Source: Felis catus (taxonomy: Eukaryota). Taken from it: DNA of 64,000 nucleotides. The translations under genes and the position numbers were made by a program. Under the pieces are notes generated by a model that worked only from the letters and a program-made list of their open reading frames with translations, was not told the DNA's origin and did not search any database. Below, piece after piece: positions 11,664-23,100 of this stretch. The stretch covers positions 195,054,001-195,118,000 of the forward strand of contig NC_058368.1 in NCBI RefSeq assembly GCF_018350175.1, in the 5' to 3' direction. How positions within the stretch are numbered: the first letter of the stretch is position 1; every line of letters starts with the position of its first letter.

Positions 11664-12840
11664 GGGGCACCTGGGTGGCTCAGTTGGTTAAGCGTCCGAC
11701 TCTTGATCTCAGTTCAGGTCTTGATCTCAGGATCATGAGTTCAAACCCCACATTGGGCCCCAGGCTGGGTGTGAAACCTATTTAAAAAAAAAAAAGAAAA
11801 GGAAAACCAGGGAAAGAGAGTACACTTTTCTTGAGGAGCACTGAGTAATATATGGATTTGTTGAATCACTGTATTGTATACCCAAAACTAATGTAACACT
11901 GTATGTTAATTACACTGGAATTAAAATAAAATAGGAGTGCCCAGGTGGTTCAGTGGATGGTGCATGTGACTCTTGATCTTGGAGTTGTGAGTTTGAGCCC
12001 CACGTTGAGTGTGGAGATTACTTAAAAATAAAATCTTTAGGGGCGCCTGGGTGGCTCAGTCGGTTAGGCGTCTGACTTCAGCTCAGGTCATGATCTCACC
12101 GTTTGTGAGTTTGAGCCCTGAACCCGGGCTCTGTGCTGACAGCTCAGAGCCTGGAGCCCGCTTCAGATTCTGTCTCCTTCTCTCTCTGCCCCTCCCCACT
12201 CATGTTCTCTCTCTGTCTCTGTCTCTCTCTCTATCTTCTCTCTTCTCTCTCTCTCTCTCAAAAATAAATAAGCATTGGGGCGCCTGGGTGGCGCAGTCGG
12301 TTAGGCGTCCGACTTCAGCCAGGTCACGATCTCGCGGTCCGTGAGTTCGAGTCCCGCGTCAGGCTCTGGGCTGATGGCTCAGAGCCTGGAGCCTGTTTCC
12401 AATTCTGTGTCTCCCTCTCTCTCTGCCCCTCCCCCATTCATGCTCTGTCTCTCTCTGTCCCAAAAATAAATAAAAAACGTTAAAAAATAAATAAATAAAT
12501 AAGCATTAAAAATAAAAAACCTAGTACACTAATGATACCTCTTTAAAAAGTAAATAAAATCTTTAAAATAAATAAATAAATTAATTAATTAATTAAAAAA
12601 ACAGGATAGAATACTACACATTATCCCTTTAGGTATTTGAGGGATTTTGAAAATTAGTCACTGGGGCACCTGGGTGGCTCAGTTGGTTAAGCATCTGACT
12701 CTTGATTTTGGCTCAGGTCACGATCTTCATGAGTTGGAGCTTGGGATTCTCTCCTTTCCCCTTTACTCTGTTCCTCCCCCAGCGTTCACACCTCCCTCTC
12801 TCAAAATAAGTAAATAACATTAAAAAACAAAAAAAGAAAA
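11664..12840 (+). mobile_element. Retroposon cluster: SINE 11664-11800, L1 3' end ~11820-11932, nested SINEs at 11934, 12040 and 12277, SINE 12663-12840
   Basis: Five Can-SINE heads and an L1 terminal sequence; TSDs aaataaaatcttta and aaataaataagcatt. Confidence 0.9.
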
Positions 12841-13009
12841 GCCAGCCTGAATATTTTAATTGGCCTGCCTGCCAGACTGCTAACATCTTTCTTTGCTCCT
12901 TACCATATAAAAGTCTAAAGAGACCCTTACTGGCTTAGAAATGCATGCCTCCCTTCTCTGACATTGACTTTCTGCAAACATATCACCTCCTGAAACTCTA
13001 CAGAATGCT

Positions 13010-14870
13010 GCCCATGAGCCAGGCAACCTTACTAATATTCTCTATAAAGATGATCTCATTTAATATTCACAACAACCATGGTTCTCACTTCTCAGAAACA
13101 GGCTCAGAGAGGGTAAGCAAGTGGCCCAAGGTCTCACAGCTAGGACTGGAAACTAGGACTCTGACTTCAAGTCCTTGTTCATTTACCTACTTGTCATTAC
13201 TGCCCAGGGAAGAAGAATATAGCCCCCAGTAGGAAAAGGGGTTTGGCCTCCTCAGACACCCCTGAAGGGCTGGAATATTCTTTCATGCCCTTAAGCAAGC
13301 CACCAGGTAATGCAACAGAGACAGCTTTCCAGGTGGTTTGAGAGTTCTGGGATCCATGGGAAATCCTAGTAATCTGCAGGATTTAAATTTTTTTTTAAAA
13401 TATATATTACAAGACTACACATATATAACAGAAATCCCCAGAGCATGTTGTTCATTAAAAAGAGCATCTTGCAGGGTCACCTGGGTGGCTTAGTTGGTTG
13501 AGCCTCTGACTTCAGCTCAGGTCACAATCTCATGGTTCATGGTTTATAAGTTCAAGCCCTGCATTGGTCTCTGCACTGACAACGTGGGCCTGCCTTAGAT
13601 TCTCTGTCTCTCTCTCTCTGTCTCTCTCTCTCTCTAAAGAATAAATAAACGTTAAAAAGTTAAAAAAAAAAGAGCATCTTGCAAATTATGTACAGTATAT
13701 ATGCTTAAAAATATACCAAAACCTAAATATGCATATGTGTTTATTAGCATTTGTGAAACCACAGAACAAGGTCTAGAAAGAATGCACAGCAATCTGATAG
13801 TAGTTACTGCCTCTGTGGAAGACAATAATATAAAGATTTGAAGGAAACTTTCACTTTTTCTGGATTGTTTAAAAATGTTTACATAGGGGCACCTGGGTAG
13901 CTCAGTTGGCTAAGCATCTGACTTAGGCTCTGGTCACGATCTCATGGTTTGCAAGTTCGAGCCCCATGTCGGGCTCTGTGCTGACAGCTCAGAGCCTGGA
14001 GCCTGCTTCAGATTCTGTGTCTCCCTCTCTCTCTGCCCCTCCCCTGCTCATGCTCTGTCTCTCTCTGTCTCAAAAATAAATAAAAACATTAAAACAAATT
14101 TTTTTGAATGTTTACATTAAGAAACTTTCTATGTATTATGTGATTTAAAAACTAACTTGGCATAATCCTAAGAGTGGCTTCTGAGTGCTTATTATATACC
14201 AGGCACTGAACTGAATGTTTTATGAACATTGCCTTATTTCTCACAATAATGCTATGAGATTGGTCTAATTATTATCTTTATCTTACAGGGAAAGAAAGCG
14301 AGGTTCAGAGAGGTTTATTGCCCTCAATAGCCAGGAATTGAACACAGGTTTGTCTAGATTATCTCACTAAATACAACTTCAACTCCTTGATCCCCAGAGA
14401 AGTCTGGCATAGAATAAAGGCACCAGGGGACAGCATGACAGTTGTCCTCTGACCTTTGGCTGCAGTGCTAGGAGTTCACTAAGGAGTGCGGAGGACCGTG
14501 GTGGCCCAAAGAGCTCATGCCTTATCTAAAGAGTCCTTAGTGGTCGTTTGACTATGTTTTTGTTTTAAGATTTTATTTATTTTTTTAAGTAACCTCTACA
14601 CTCAACGTGGGGCTTGAACTCACAACAGGAGTTGCATGCTCTACTGACTGAGCCAGCCAGGTGCCCCATGTATGTTTTGTTCTTTTTTTTAATTGAAGTA
14701 GGGTTGACATGCAATGTTATGTTTGTTTCAGGCATATCACACAGTGATTCAACAATTCCATGCATTACTCAGTGCTCATCACGATAAATACTTACCATAT
14801 AACACTATTACAATATTATTGACCCTATTCCCTATGTTGTACTTTTCATTTGTATGATTTATTTTATTGT
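13010..14870. mobile_element. MIR fragments (~13010-13200, ~14170-14360), Can-SINEs (13474-13671 +, 13886-14100 +, ~14568-14668 -), L1 3' end (~14680-14870 -)
   Basis: MIR core (gaggttcagagagg, cccaaggtctcacagc); SINE TSDs aaaagagcatcttgca and aatgtttacat. Confidence 0.75.
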
Positions 14871-14879
14871 GTTGTTTTC

Positions 14880-15275
14880 TGACATAGCTGTTTCCCCTCC
14901 TTCCAGGTGCCCGGCAGGATTGTACTTTCCTGCCCCCTTTAAAGACCAGCATGACCACATGCCCTGCTTTGGCCAAAACTACGTGAGGAGAAATGACATA
15001 TCTCTTCCAGGAAGAGAAGTCTTTGGAGCTTGTGATTATTTGCTCAGGTCTTCCCTCGGCACACTAGCCCCCATATTCAAGATCCATTTGGGACCCCATT
15101 TGGGGTCCCTCAACCTGGGTCTCTGAGCAAAACTATTTGCATAGAGCCATTCCTCCAAACTGCCCAACAGGCAATGGTCACATGACAGGTACAAGAAGTA
15201 AATCTGTTGTTTTAAACCATTGAGGTTTTGTGATTATTTGTTGCAATAGCATTAACCTGGCCTGTCTTGCCAGTT
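14880..15275 (+). mobile_element. MaLR (MLT1-like) LTR fossil
   Basis: MLT1-like 3' portion (gttgttttaaaccattgaggttttgtgattatttgttgcaatagcattaacc). Confidence 0.55.
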
Positions 15276-15538
15276 ACAGATAAGTTTCTAGATCTTCCAG
15301 TTTTTCAGCAGACATTCAAAATCTGGATCACCCACTGTTCTTTTTTTAACATTTTATTAACAGTATAAAAGTGTTTGGTTCTCACTTTTAAAAATACAAT
15401 GAAAATATTCTTTCCAAGAGGATTATAGTTGAATGTATTCCTTTTTGAAACTTTGTTTGGAATTGTTATTTTTTAAAATGCTTTTCTTGGTCTTGTAACA
15501 AAGAAATAACTACATTTACATGTCAATCTACAAATGGA

Positions 15539-15880
15539 TTTTTTTTTTTTTTTTACTGTTTATTTTTTGAGGGGCACCTGGGTGGCTCAGTCAGTTGAGC
15601 ATCTGACTTTGGCTCAAGTCATAATCTCATGGTTTGTGAGTTCAAGCCCCACATCGGGCTCACTGCTGTCAGCGCAGAGCCAGCTTTGGATCCTCTATCT
15701 CCCCCTCTCTCTCTCTGCCCCTCCCTGCTAGGGCAGAGAGAGGGACAAAGGATCAGAAGCAGGCTCTGCACTGACAGCTGAGAGCCCAATGTGGGGCTCG
15801 AACTCACAACCCATGAGATCATGACCTTAGCCAAAGTCGGATGATCAGGTGCTCAACCAACTGAGCCACTCACACGCCCC
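15539..15880. mobile_element. Compound inverted Can-SINE pair
   Basis: Plus-strand SINE 15571-15730 abuts minus-strand SINE 15731-15880; outer TSD caaatggattt. Confidence 0.85.
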
Positions 15881-16756
15881 ACAAATGGATTTTAAAGAAC
15901 ATAAAATTTACCATTTTAACCGTTTTGAAATGTCCAATTCAGTGGCATTAAATGTTCATTCATACTGTCATGCAACCGAACTCAATGTTTATAAATGTCA
16001 ACTAATCAAAAAATATTTTGAGCACTTTAGGAACTAAATAAAATATGGCTGTAGGCCAGCTTCAGGCAATTTGCAACTCTGCCTGATGCCATGCTACCAC
16101 TCCCAAGCGTGCACCCTAAGCCTCCTGCGCTTTGCGGCCTCTCTCTTCTCTTGCCTGGGCTTCTCTGTGGACCCTTGCATCTCAGAACATTTGACCTAGG
16201 CTAAGGATTTCTTGGTGGATAAAGCAGTGAGGCAGCTAACACATACCTGTGTTATAACACAAAAAACCAGACACTCAATATTCCGGAGGCAGTAGACAAC
16301 AGCTACAAAGGCCTTTCTATCCAAAGCTTAACCCCAGAATCTGCTGAAGAGCCGAATATTCGCGTAGGTGGGGTCCAGGCGTAAGGTCTGCCGGGACGAA
16401 GGTACCTAACCACTATCTGTGAACCTGTCACCTACACATTCCTATCCTCACAACACTGTTGGCCAGAGAGGGCCCATTTCTCAAACCTGCTGGTTTAATG
16501 ATAAAGTGACTTATCCAAGTTTGCAATGCTAGTAAGGAGACTGCTGGGTAGTCTAGAATTCAGAATTCCTGAATTCTGCTTTTTAAAAAATATTTTTCTC
16601 TGTGATTCTTAATATATACTTATTATAGAAAAAGTGGCAAAGGTAGAAAAAAATGGAAATAAAAATCACCTATAATATTGGAACTGGTAACGATAGTACA
16701 CATAGATCTGAAGATATAAAAATGTAGTTAATAAAGATTTGAGAGGCAAAAAAAAA

Positions 16757-18637
16757 GTTTTTTTTTTTTTTTAGTTTATTTTTGAGAGAGAGAGAGAGAG
16801 AGAGAGAGATCACGTAAGTTGGGGGGTGGGAAGAGAGAGGGGGGAGAGAGAATCCCAAGCCCCGATGTGGGGCTCAAACTCACAAACCATCAGATCAGAA
16901 GTCACGAACCATCAGATCATGACCTGAGCTGAAGTCAGATGCTTAACTGAGCCACCCAGGCGCCCCCAAGAAAACCTTCCTTAAGAGGCAATCTGACTCT
17001 ATCAAAATTGAAAATGAATAGCAATTTCACATTAGGCATTTATTTTACTTTTTTTTTTTTTTAATTTGAAAGACCGTGCACAACCTGGGGAGAGGGGCTG
17101 AGGAAGAGAGAGAGAGAGACAGACAGACAGACATAGAATCCTAAGTAGGCTCCACACTCAGTACAAGGTGCTCCACCCCATGACCCTGAGATCATGCATG
17201 ACCTAAGCCGAAATCAAGAGTCAGACTATTCAACCAACTGAGCCACCTCGGCACCCCTATCCTACATAAAATTTTAAGCAACGACCTAGGTATATAGATT
17301 GTTATGTAATCATTATCAGCACCATCTCACGGGCCGTGAGTTCAAGCCCCGTGATGGGCTCTGTGCTGACAGCTCAGAGCCTGGAACCTGCTTCGGATTC
17401 TGGGTCTCCCTCTCTCTCTCTGCCCCTCCCACGCTCAGGCTCTGTTTCTCTCTCTCTCTAAAATAGTAAAACATTTAAAAAAGAAAAGACACATTAAAAA
17501 AAAAGAGAAAGAAAAAGAATGTGTCAGGGGCAAGTACCAGGAAGTCTGAGTAGCAGTAACTGAAATAAAGAAGGAATTACATTTCTCACATACCAAGTCT
17601 GGAGGCAAGCTGCAGTGGGCATTGGTTGAGTGAGCACACAGTCAGAACAAGCGTCTTTGTGATTCTCTTGGCGTTTCTTTCCTGGTTACAGTCTAGATAT
17701 CACATCAATATTCTGGTCAGGAAGGGGAAAGGCGTGGTATCTGTTCCCCTTGTGAAGAAAGCAAGAGCTTTCCAGAAACCTTGTAGCAGACTTCTGCTTC
17801 TGACTCATTGGCCAGGGCACACGTGGCTGCAAGGGAGGATGGGAAAGCAAATATTTAGGGGATGCAGGGATCTGGCCTCTACAGGAGCAAGAGTGAAAAG
17901 ACTGGGAATGAGTATTGGATTAGCCAACCAATGGTTTCTGCCACAGGGACTGGTGGAATAACTTATAGTACAACTGAATAATATTATGTATCACTGAACA
18001 GAACAAAGGGAATATGTACAAGAATAAACTCTGGTATTTTGTAAAGTGAGAAAAGCAAGTTGCAAAATTGTGTATAGTATGCCTTCTGTTTAAAAAGGGG
18101 TAGTCAGGGGCATCTGGGTTTCTCAGTCCATTAAGCAGCTGATCCTTCATTTCAGCTCAGGTTGTGATCTCTCAGTTCGTGAGTCCAAGCCCCTCATCAG
18201 GCTCTGTGCTGATGTATGGAGCCTGCTTAGAATTGTCTCCTTTCTCTCTGTCCCCCCTCTCAAAAATAAAGAAATGAACCCCCCCCCAAATTAAAAAGGT
18301 GTAAATAGGGTAGACGAGGGAAACTTGCTTTTCCCTGTATACCCTTTTGTGCTATTTGAAATTTTTATGTATTTATCTTTTTAAGGGAATTTAGTGTTTG
18401 AGGACTTAATTTCTTTTTTTTTTAATTTTTAAAAAAATGTTTATTTATTTTTGACAGAGAGAGAGAGACAGAGCATGGGGGAGGAGCAGAGAGAGAAGGA
18501 GACACAGAATCAGAAGCAGGCTCCAGGCTCTGAGCTGTCAGCACAGAGCCCTACACGGGGCTTGAACTTACAAACCATGAGATCATGACCTGAGCTGAAG
18601 CTGGACGCTCAACTGACTGAGCCACTCGGGCACCCCT
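16757..18637. mobile_element. Can-SINEs (16757-16967 -, 17048-17257 -, 17323-17505 + 5'-truncated, 18107-18295 +, 18413-18637 -) and an old LTR-like fragment (~17520-17945)
   Basis: Recognisable SINE bodies and tails; the LTR fragment resembles MaLR/ERVL but its family is uncertain. Confidence 0.75.
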
Positions 18638-19257
18638 ATTGAAATTTTTCAAATTTGGGGATTTTGCCTGTAATCCTACATGCATGCCAGATAACTTCTA
18701 TTAACATTTGCTGCAGTGCATTTCAGGCTTATTTGTATGTAAATAAATGGAATTTATGCAGATATTTGCATATAAGAACTATAATCCTATACATTTTCCC
18801 CTCTTCACTGATCAACCTTCATTTGTCCTATCTAATGAGTTTCCATAATGTTGCCTGTCATTAAATTGTGCTCTCTCTGTTTAACCTCCCTCTTCCTCAA
18901 TTCTCTAACCTGTTCAGTCTTCCTCTGCCTTTCCTTTAATATCCTCCACCCCTTCCCCCTCTGCAGTGATCTTGCTTTCCCAGCCCCAGTGCACAGTTGA
19001 CCCCAGTGTTACCAAGATTTTAAGCCTTGCCTTCACTGGACCTAAGGAAATGCCTGGCAGGTGGGAAGGAGATGAAGGGCTAAGGGGTGAGCATTTTGCC
19101 CATAGGGGAAGAGACAGTGCCAGGGAAGCAAGGAGAAATTCCAGCAATTATAAGAATTCTAATGTTTTTGATGCCTATCCTGTGCCAAGTAATGTGCTAG
19201 GGGTTTGCATACAGAATCCTACTTATTCTTCCCAAGAATACCACAAATAGGTTGCTT

Positions 19258-19580
19258 TGAGGAACCCACACGTCCCGGTTTGCCTGGAACAGTCATGGTA
19301 TATGCCCTATAGTCCTGGTATCCCCTTTCGCTCTCAGAAGGTTTGGATAAAAAATTGTGTGGTCACGTGGGGCATCTGGATGGCTCAGTCAGTTGAATGT
19401 CCGACTCTTGGTTTCAGCTCAGGTCATGATCTCATGGTTGGTGAGTTCAAGTCCCCGTTCGGGCTCTGCACTGACAGTACGGAACCTGCTTGGGATTTTC
19501 TCTCTCCGTCTCTCTCTGCTCCTCCCCTGCTCTCATGCTCTTTCTCTAAATAAATAAACTTAAATTGTAAAGTCACCTTA
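19258..19580. mobile_element. MER94-like hAT MITE inside a MIR, with a Can-SINE (19369-19563 +) inserted near its end
   Basis: cgtcccggtttgcctggaacagtc...cccctttcgctctcagaagg...aaattgtgtggtcac; imperfect duplication aaattgt...gtcac around the SINE. Confidence 0.6.
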
Positions 19581-19696
19581 ACTATCCCTGTTTTATAAAT
19601 GAGGGTATTAAGGCTTAGAGAGGTAAAAAAATCTGCCCAAGGTTATACAGCTGCAAATGAAAGGGCTTAAATTCAAACTCTGGTCTATATGGCTTT

Positions 19697-20282
19697 GTAT
19701 GGTCTGCGTAGACCGAAATTTCTTCCCCCAAAATTCACATGTAGAGGCCCTAACCCCCAAAGTGACTGTGTTTGGAGATGGGCCTTTGAGAAGCTGATAA
19801 AGGTTAGATGGGCTCCTAAGCATGGAGCACTAATCCAATAGGGCTGGTGCCCTTATGAAAGGAGGAAGAGGGGCACCTGGGTGTCTTAGCTGGTCAAGCA
19901 CCCAACTCTTAATTTTGGCTCAGGTCATGATCTCACGGTCATGGGATCGAGCCCTGTGGCCTCTACACTGAGCACGGAGCCTGCTTGGTCTCTTACCCTC
20001 TCTCTCTGCCCCTTGCCTTCTTGCTCTTCCTAAATAAAAATAAATAAACATTTAAAAAATAATAAAAGGAGGAAGAGACACCAGAGCTAGCTCTGTCTGC
20101 CATGTCTGCTAGCAAGAATGCAACCACTGCAAGCCAGGAAGAGAGATCTCACTGAGAACCGAACCAGCCAGCACTTTGATCTTGGATTTTCCAGCCTCCA
20201 GAGCCATGAGAATTGAGAAATCAGTGTTGTTTAAGCCACCCAGTCTGTGATATTTTGTTATAGCAGCCTGAGCAGACTAACA
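19697..20282 (+). mobile_element. MaLR LTR (MLT1A/MST-like) with inserted Can-SINE (19870-20066)
   Basis: cccccaaaattcacatgtagaggccctaaccccc ... ttgtttaagccacccagtctgtgatattttgttatagcagcc; SINE TSD aaaggaggaagag. Confidence 0.8.
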
Positions 20283-20460
20283 TAGGCTCCAATTTCCATG
20301 CTTTACCACTCACCATGCTGGAAGTGGACCTCCTCATTCAGAGCTGGCGTGAGTCAGTGGCCTAGATTTATCCCTTCCATTTCATGTTCTTGAACCTAGA
20401 CCAAGGATAGATCCATTATCCTCTTTCCTAAACCAAAGTAGGCAGGTTGTTGCCACTCCC

Positions 20461-21160
20461 TGTATCAGTGTGAGTCTAATCAGGAGAGAGAAACCACACC
20501 ATAATTTGAACAAGGAGAGTTTAAAGATTATAATGAGTCTGTGATAATGAGGCATCGGCTTGTAAGAAGGAAAAGAGAACTCTGAAGAATATAGAAACAG
20601 CAGGTACAAGGAGCAGCCACTGCTGGTAGGGCCAAGACAGTAGCATAGAGCATCCAAGGGAGAATCCCCCAATCCCCATGCTAGGCTGAGATCCCAGGCC
20701 TCGTGGCCCACTGAATGGCAGAGTAGTAGTTATGATGTCATGCAGGTGGAACTTGCTAGAAAGCCACACTCTAGGCTGGAAATTTTCCCTCGAGGGTACC
20801 GGAAAAAGCTCTTCAAAGAGAGGCACTTCACTGTAGGGGGACAGATTCTGAGGGAAGCTGCTGGCCTCATGGTACTGCCCATTCCTGTTACACAGCAGGA
20901 GTCCGGTGCTGAGGAAGCTGTCCTCAGAAGCTGGCCATGAGGCAACCACACACACTGCAAGGACCTGGTGAGTGAACACACTGGAACCAGGAAGGAAAAC
21001 CTTTCCCCTTCCAGTGCCTCTCCAGAGCCTTCACTGACAAGGTTTAACATCCTGCCAGTGGGGAAAGGAAAAAAATATTTAAAGGGTCCAGATCCGTTTT
21101 CATAAAGCAAGCCCAAAAAAGATGAATTGGAGGTGAGACACTAAATTATGAGCACACCTT
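20461..21160 (-). mobile_element. ERVL-type LTR fossil (family uncertain)
   Basis: Terminus tgtatcagtgtgagtctaatcaggagagagaaaccacac resembles old ERVL LTR ends. Confidence 0.5.
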
Positions 21161-21354
21161 CTCAAAAACGTTTCATGTATTAAGACTTCAGTTTTCCTCA
21201 ACCAGTGGTTCCCCAAACCAAAAGGGGGAGGGGTACTAAAAGTATACCTTGAAATTAAGGGGCAGTGAATCTAGGATGAAGCCTAGAAATCTGGGTTATT
21301 AGTAGGCTGTCCAAGCAGTTCTGTTGATGAGACGGCTTTGAAACTACGAACTCC

Positions 21355-21560
21355 GGGGGAGGCTGGGTGACTCAGGCGGTTAAGCACGTGACTCTTGGTT
21401 TCAGCTCAGGTCATGATCTCTCTGGGATTGAGCCCCAGTTGGGCTCTGCAATGACAGCATAGAGCCTGCTTGGGATTCTCTCTCTCCCTCTCTGTCTACC
21501 TCTCCCCTGCTTGTGTGCACCTGTGTGGCTTGCTCTCTTTCTCTCTCGCTCTCTCTCAAA
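21355..21560 (+). mobile_element. Can-SINE
   Basis: Head gggaggctgggtgactcaggcggttaagc, (CT)-rich 3' region. Confidence 0.8.
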
Positions 21561-22269
21561 TATTGAAACTAGTAACTCAGACTGGGCTCCTCTGGCAAAT
21601 TCCTTGGATATTCCAAGAAGTCCTCCCCGATGCTTGTGTGTGTGCAGAGGGGTGTATGTGACTGAAGTTCTGAGTCTTGCCATGCCTGTTTCTCTGTTTG
21701 TGTCCTAGAGCATCTCTGCCTCCATCTGTCTTCACCCATAGCTGTGGGTCTCATATCCTTGTCGCTTCATTTCTCCACCTCTCTTTGTCCCTGCCTCTCA
21801 GTCTGAATAACTGCCTCTCAAGCCCTGCCCACTCTTGTCTTCCAACTTTTGTACTTGCTGTCCCCTCTGCCTCCCTCCTTCCCAAATAGCTCATCTTCCT
21901 TCATCAGATAAACGTGTACTCTCCGTCCTCGACTCAGATTAGCTCCTCCTGAAACCTACTGTCAGCCAGAACCCCTCTCCCGCCCCCCAACAGGCTCCAG
22001 TTCGCGATCCTTTCTCTGCACCCGTGATACCGTCCATCCCTTTAACACTGCATTTTCATCGCCTGCTTCCTCCGCTCCCTGCCAGGCTGTCTCTTTCACT
22101 ACTGCGCCTTGGATACCTAGCACACAGTGCTGGCTCACGGATGGGACTCAACTCAATATTGACTGAGTCAAGAAATGTTTGTCCTTTTTAGGGAGGTGTG
22201 GGGTTTGTCGTGTTCACTGCCGGGTCCTTGTATTCCCAGCCCCTAATACAGTCCTGACACTGAGCAGGT

Positions 22270-23100
22270 GGTCTAAACGTGGTCTGTAGGCGTTGCAGGC
22301 TGGCCCCGGGGGCTGCAGAAGCGTGCGGAATCCCAGAGCCCCGCCCGCTCAATGGGTGAGTGGCGGCCAACGGCGGTCCCGCGGCTCCCGGCCGCGCGGC
22401 CAGGGAGGCGGGGCCTAACTGCCGGCCGCGACGAAGGGGGCGGGGTTTCGCGTGAGGGGCGGCGCTTCTCGGCACCCAGCCCCGGAAGCACAGCGGCGCT
22501 AGAGCTCAGAGCCAGCCCAGGCGTCGCTACCACCACATCCAGTCATGCCGGTAAGTCCCTGCTAGCTCCCGCCCCGCGCAGACCCGGGCCCCCGGCTTGC
22601 GCCTCCGCTGCACCGCCGATCGGCCACACGTCGCTCTTCAAGGGCTCAGGCCGCAGCCGGAGTTATTGTCTCTCTTCTCACTGTCTTCCCATCTACTCCC
22701 AGCTTCTGCGACCTTCCAGAAAATCCGATCCGAAAGGGGTTTTATGTAGGAGTCAGGCTTCAGGACATTGGAGCTGCGGGCCTCCAGTGGTTACAAGCCC
22801 AGCCCTTCCTTGCATAGATGGGGAAACTGAGACCCAGGGAAGGGCACAGTCGCCGAGCGGGTGGCGAGCTGGAACTGGGACGTCTCGTCCCTGCGCCTTC
22901 ACCCTGCTTGTGCCGGTCCGCGGACCTGGCCTGAAAGGGGGAATGGGGGAGGGGGGAAGATGGTGGGGGGAGGGGGAGGGTGGCTGTGGCCTCCGGGACG
23001 CGGCAGGTTTTCAGAGGTCCGTGGTTTCCTTCCCTTCCCCTGCCCACTCTGGCCGATTTTCAGTTCAGCGCTGAATGGAGACCGTGCTTTTTTTTCCTAC
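22270..23100 (+). promoter_or_regulatory. ATOX1: CpG island / ATOX1 promoter and exon 1
   Basis: High GC and CpG density; GC boxes (ggggcgggg ~22437); ETS motif CCGGAAG at 22482-22488; no TATA box seen. Confidence 0.9.
22545..22550 (+). CDS. ATOX1: ATOX1 coding exon 1 (Met-Pro)
   Basis: ccagtcATGCCG followed by a perfect GTAAGT donor at 22551, inside a CpG island; joins exon 2 in phase 0 to give MPKHEF, the ATOX1 N-terminus. Confidence 0.96.

Noticed and set aside
12040..12130. tRNA-like A/B-box sequences at many positions
   Set aside because: These are heads of tRNA-derived Can-SINEs, followed by SINE body and A-tail; no standalone tRNA cloverleaf seen.
16876..16922. ~22-nt tandem duplication inside a SINE (cacaaaccatcagatca / cacgaaccatcagatca)
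   Set aside because: A real but trivial slippage event with no sign of function.
22352..23074. 240-aa ORF across ATOX1 exon 1
   Set aside because: CpG-island artefact; it runs through the GTAAGT donor and is out of frame with the real ATG at 22545.
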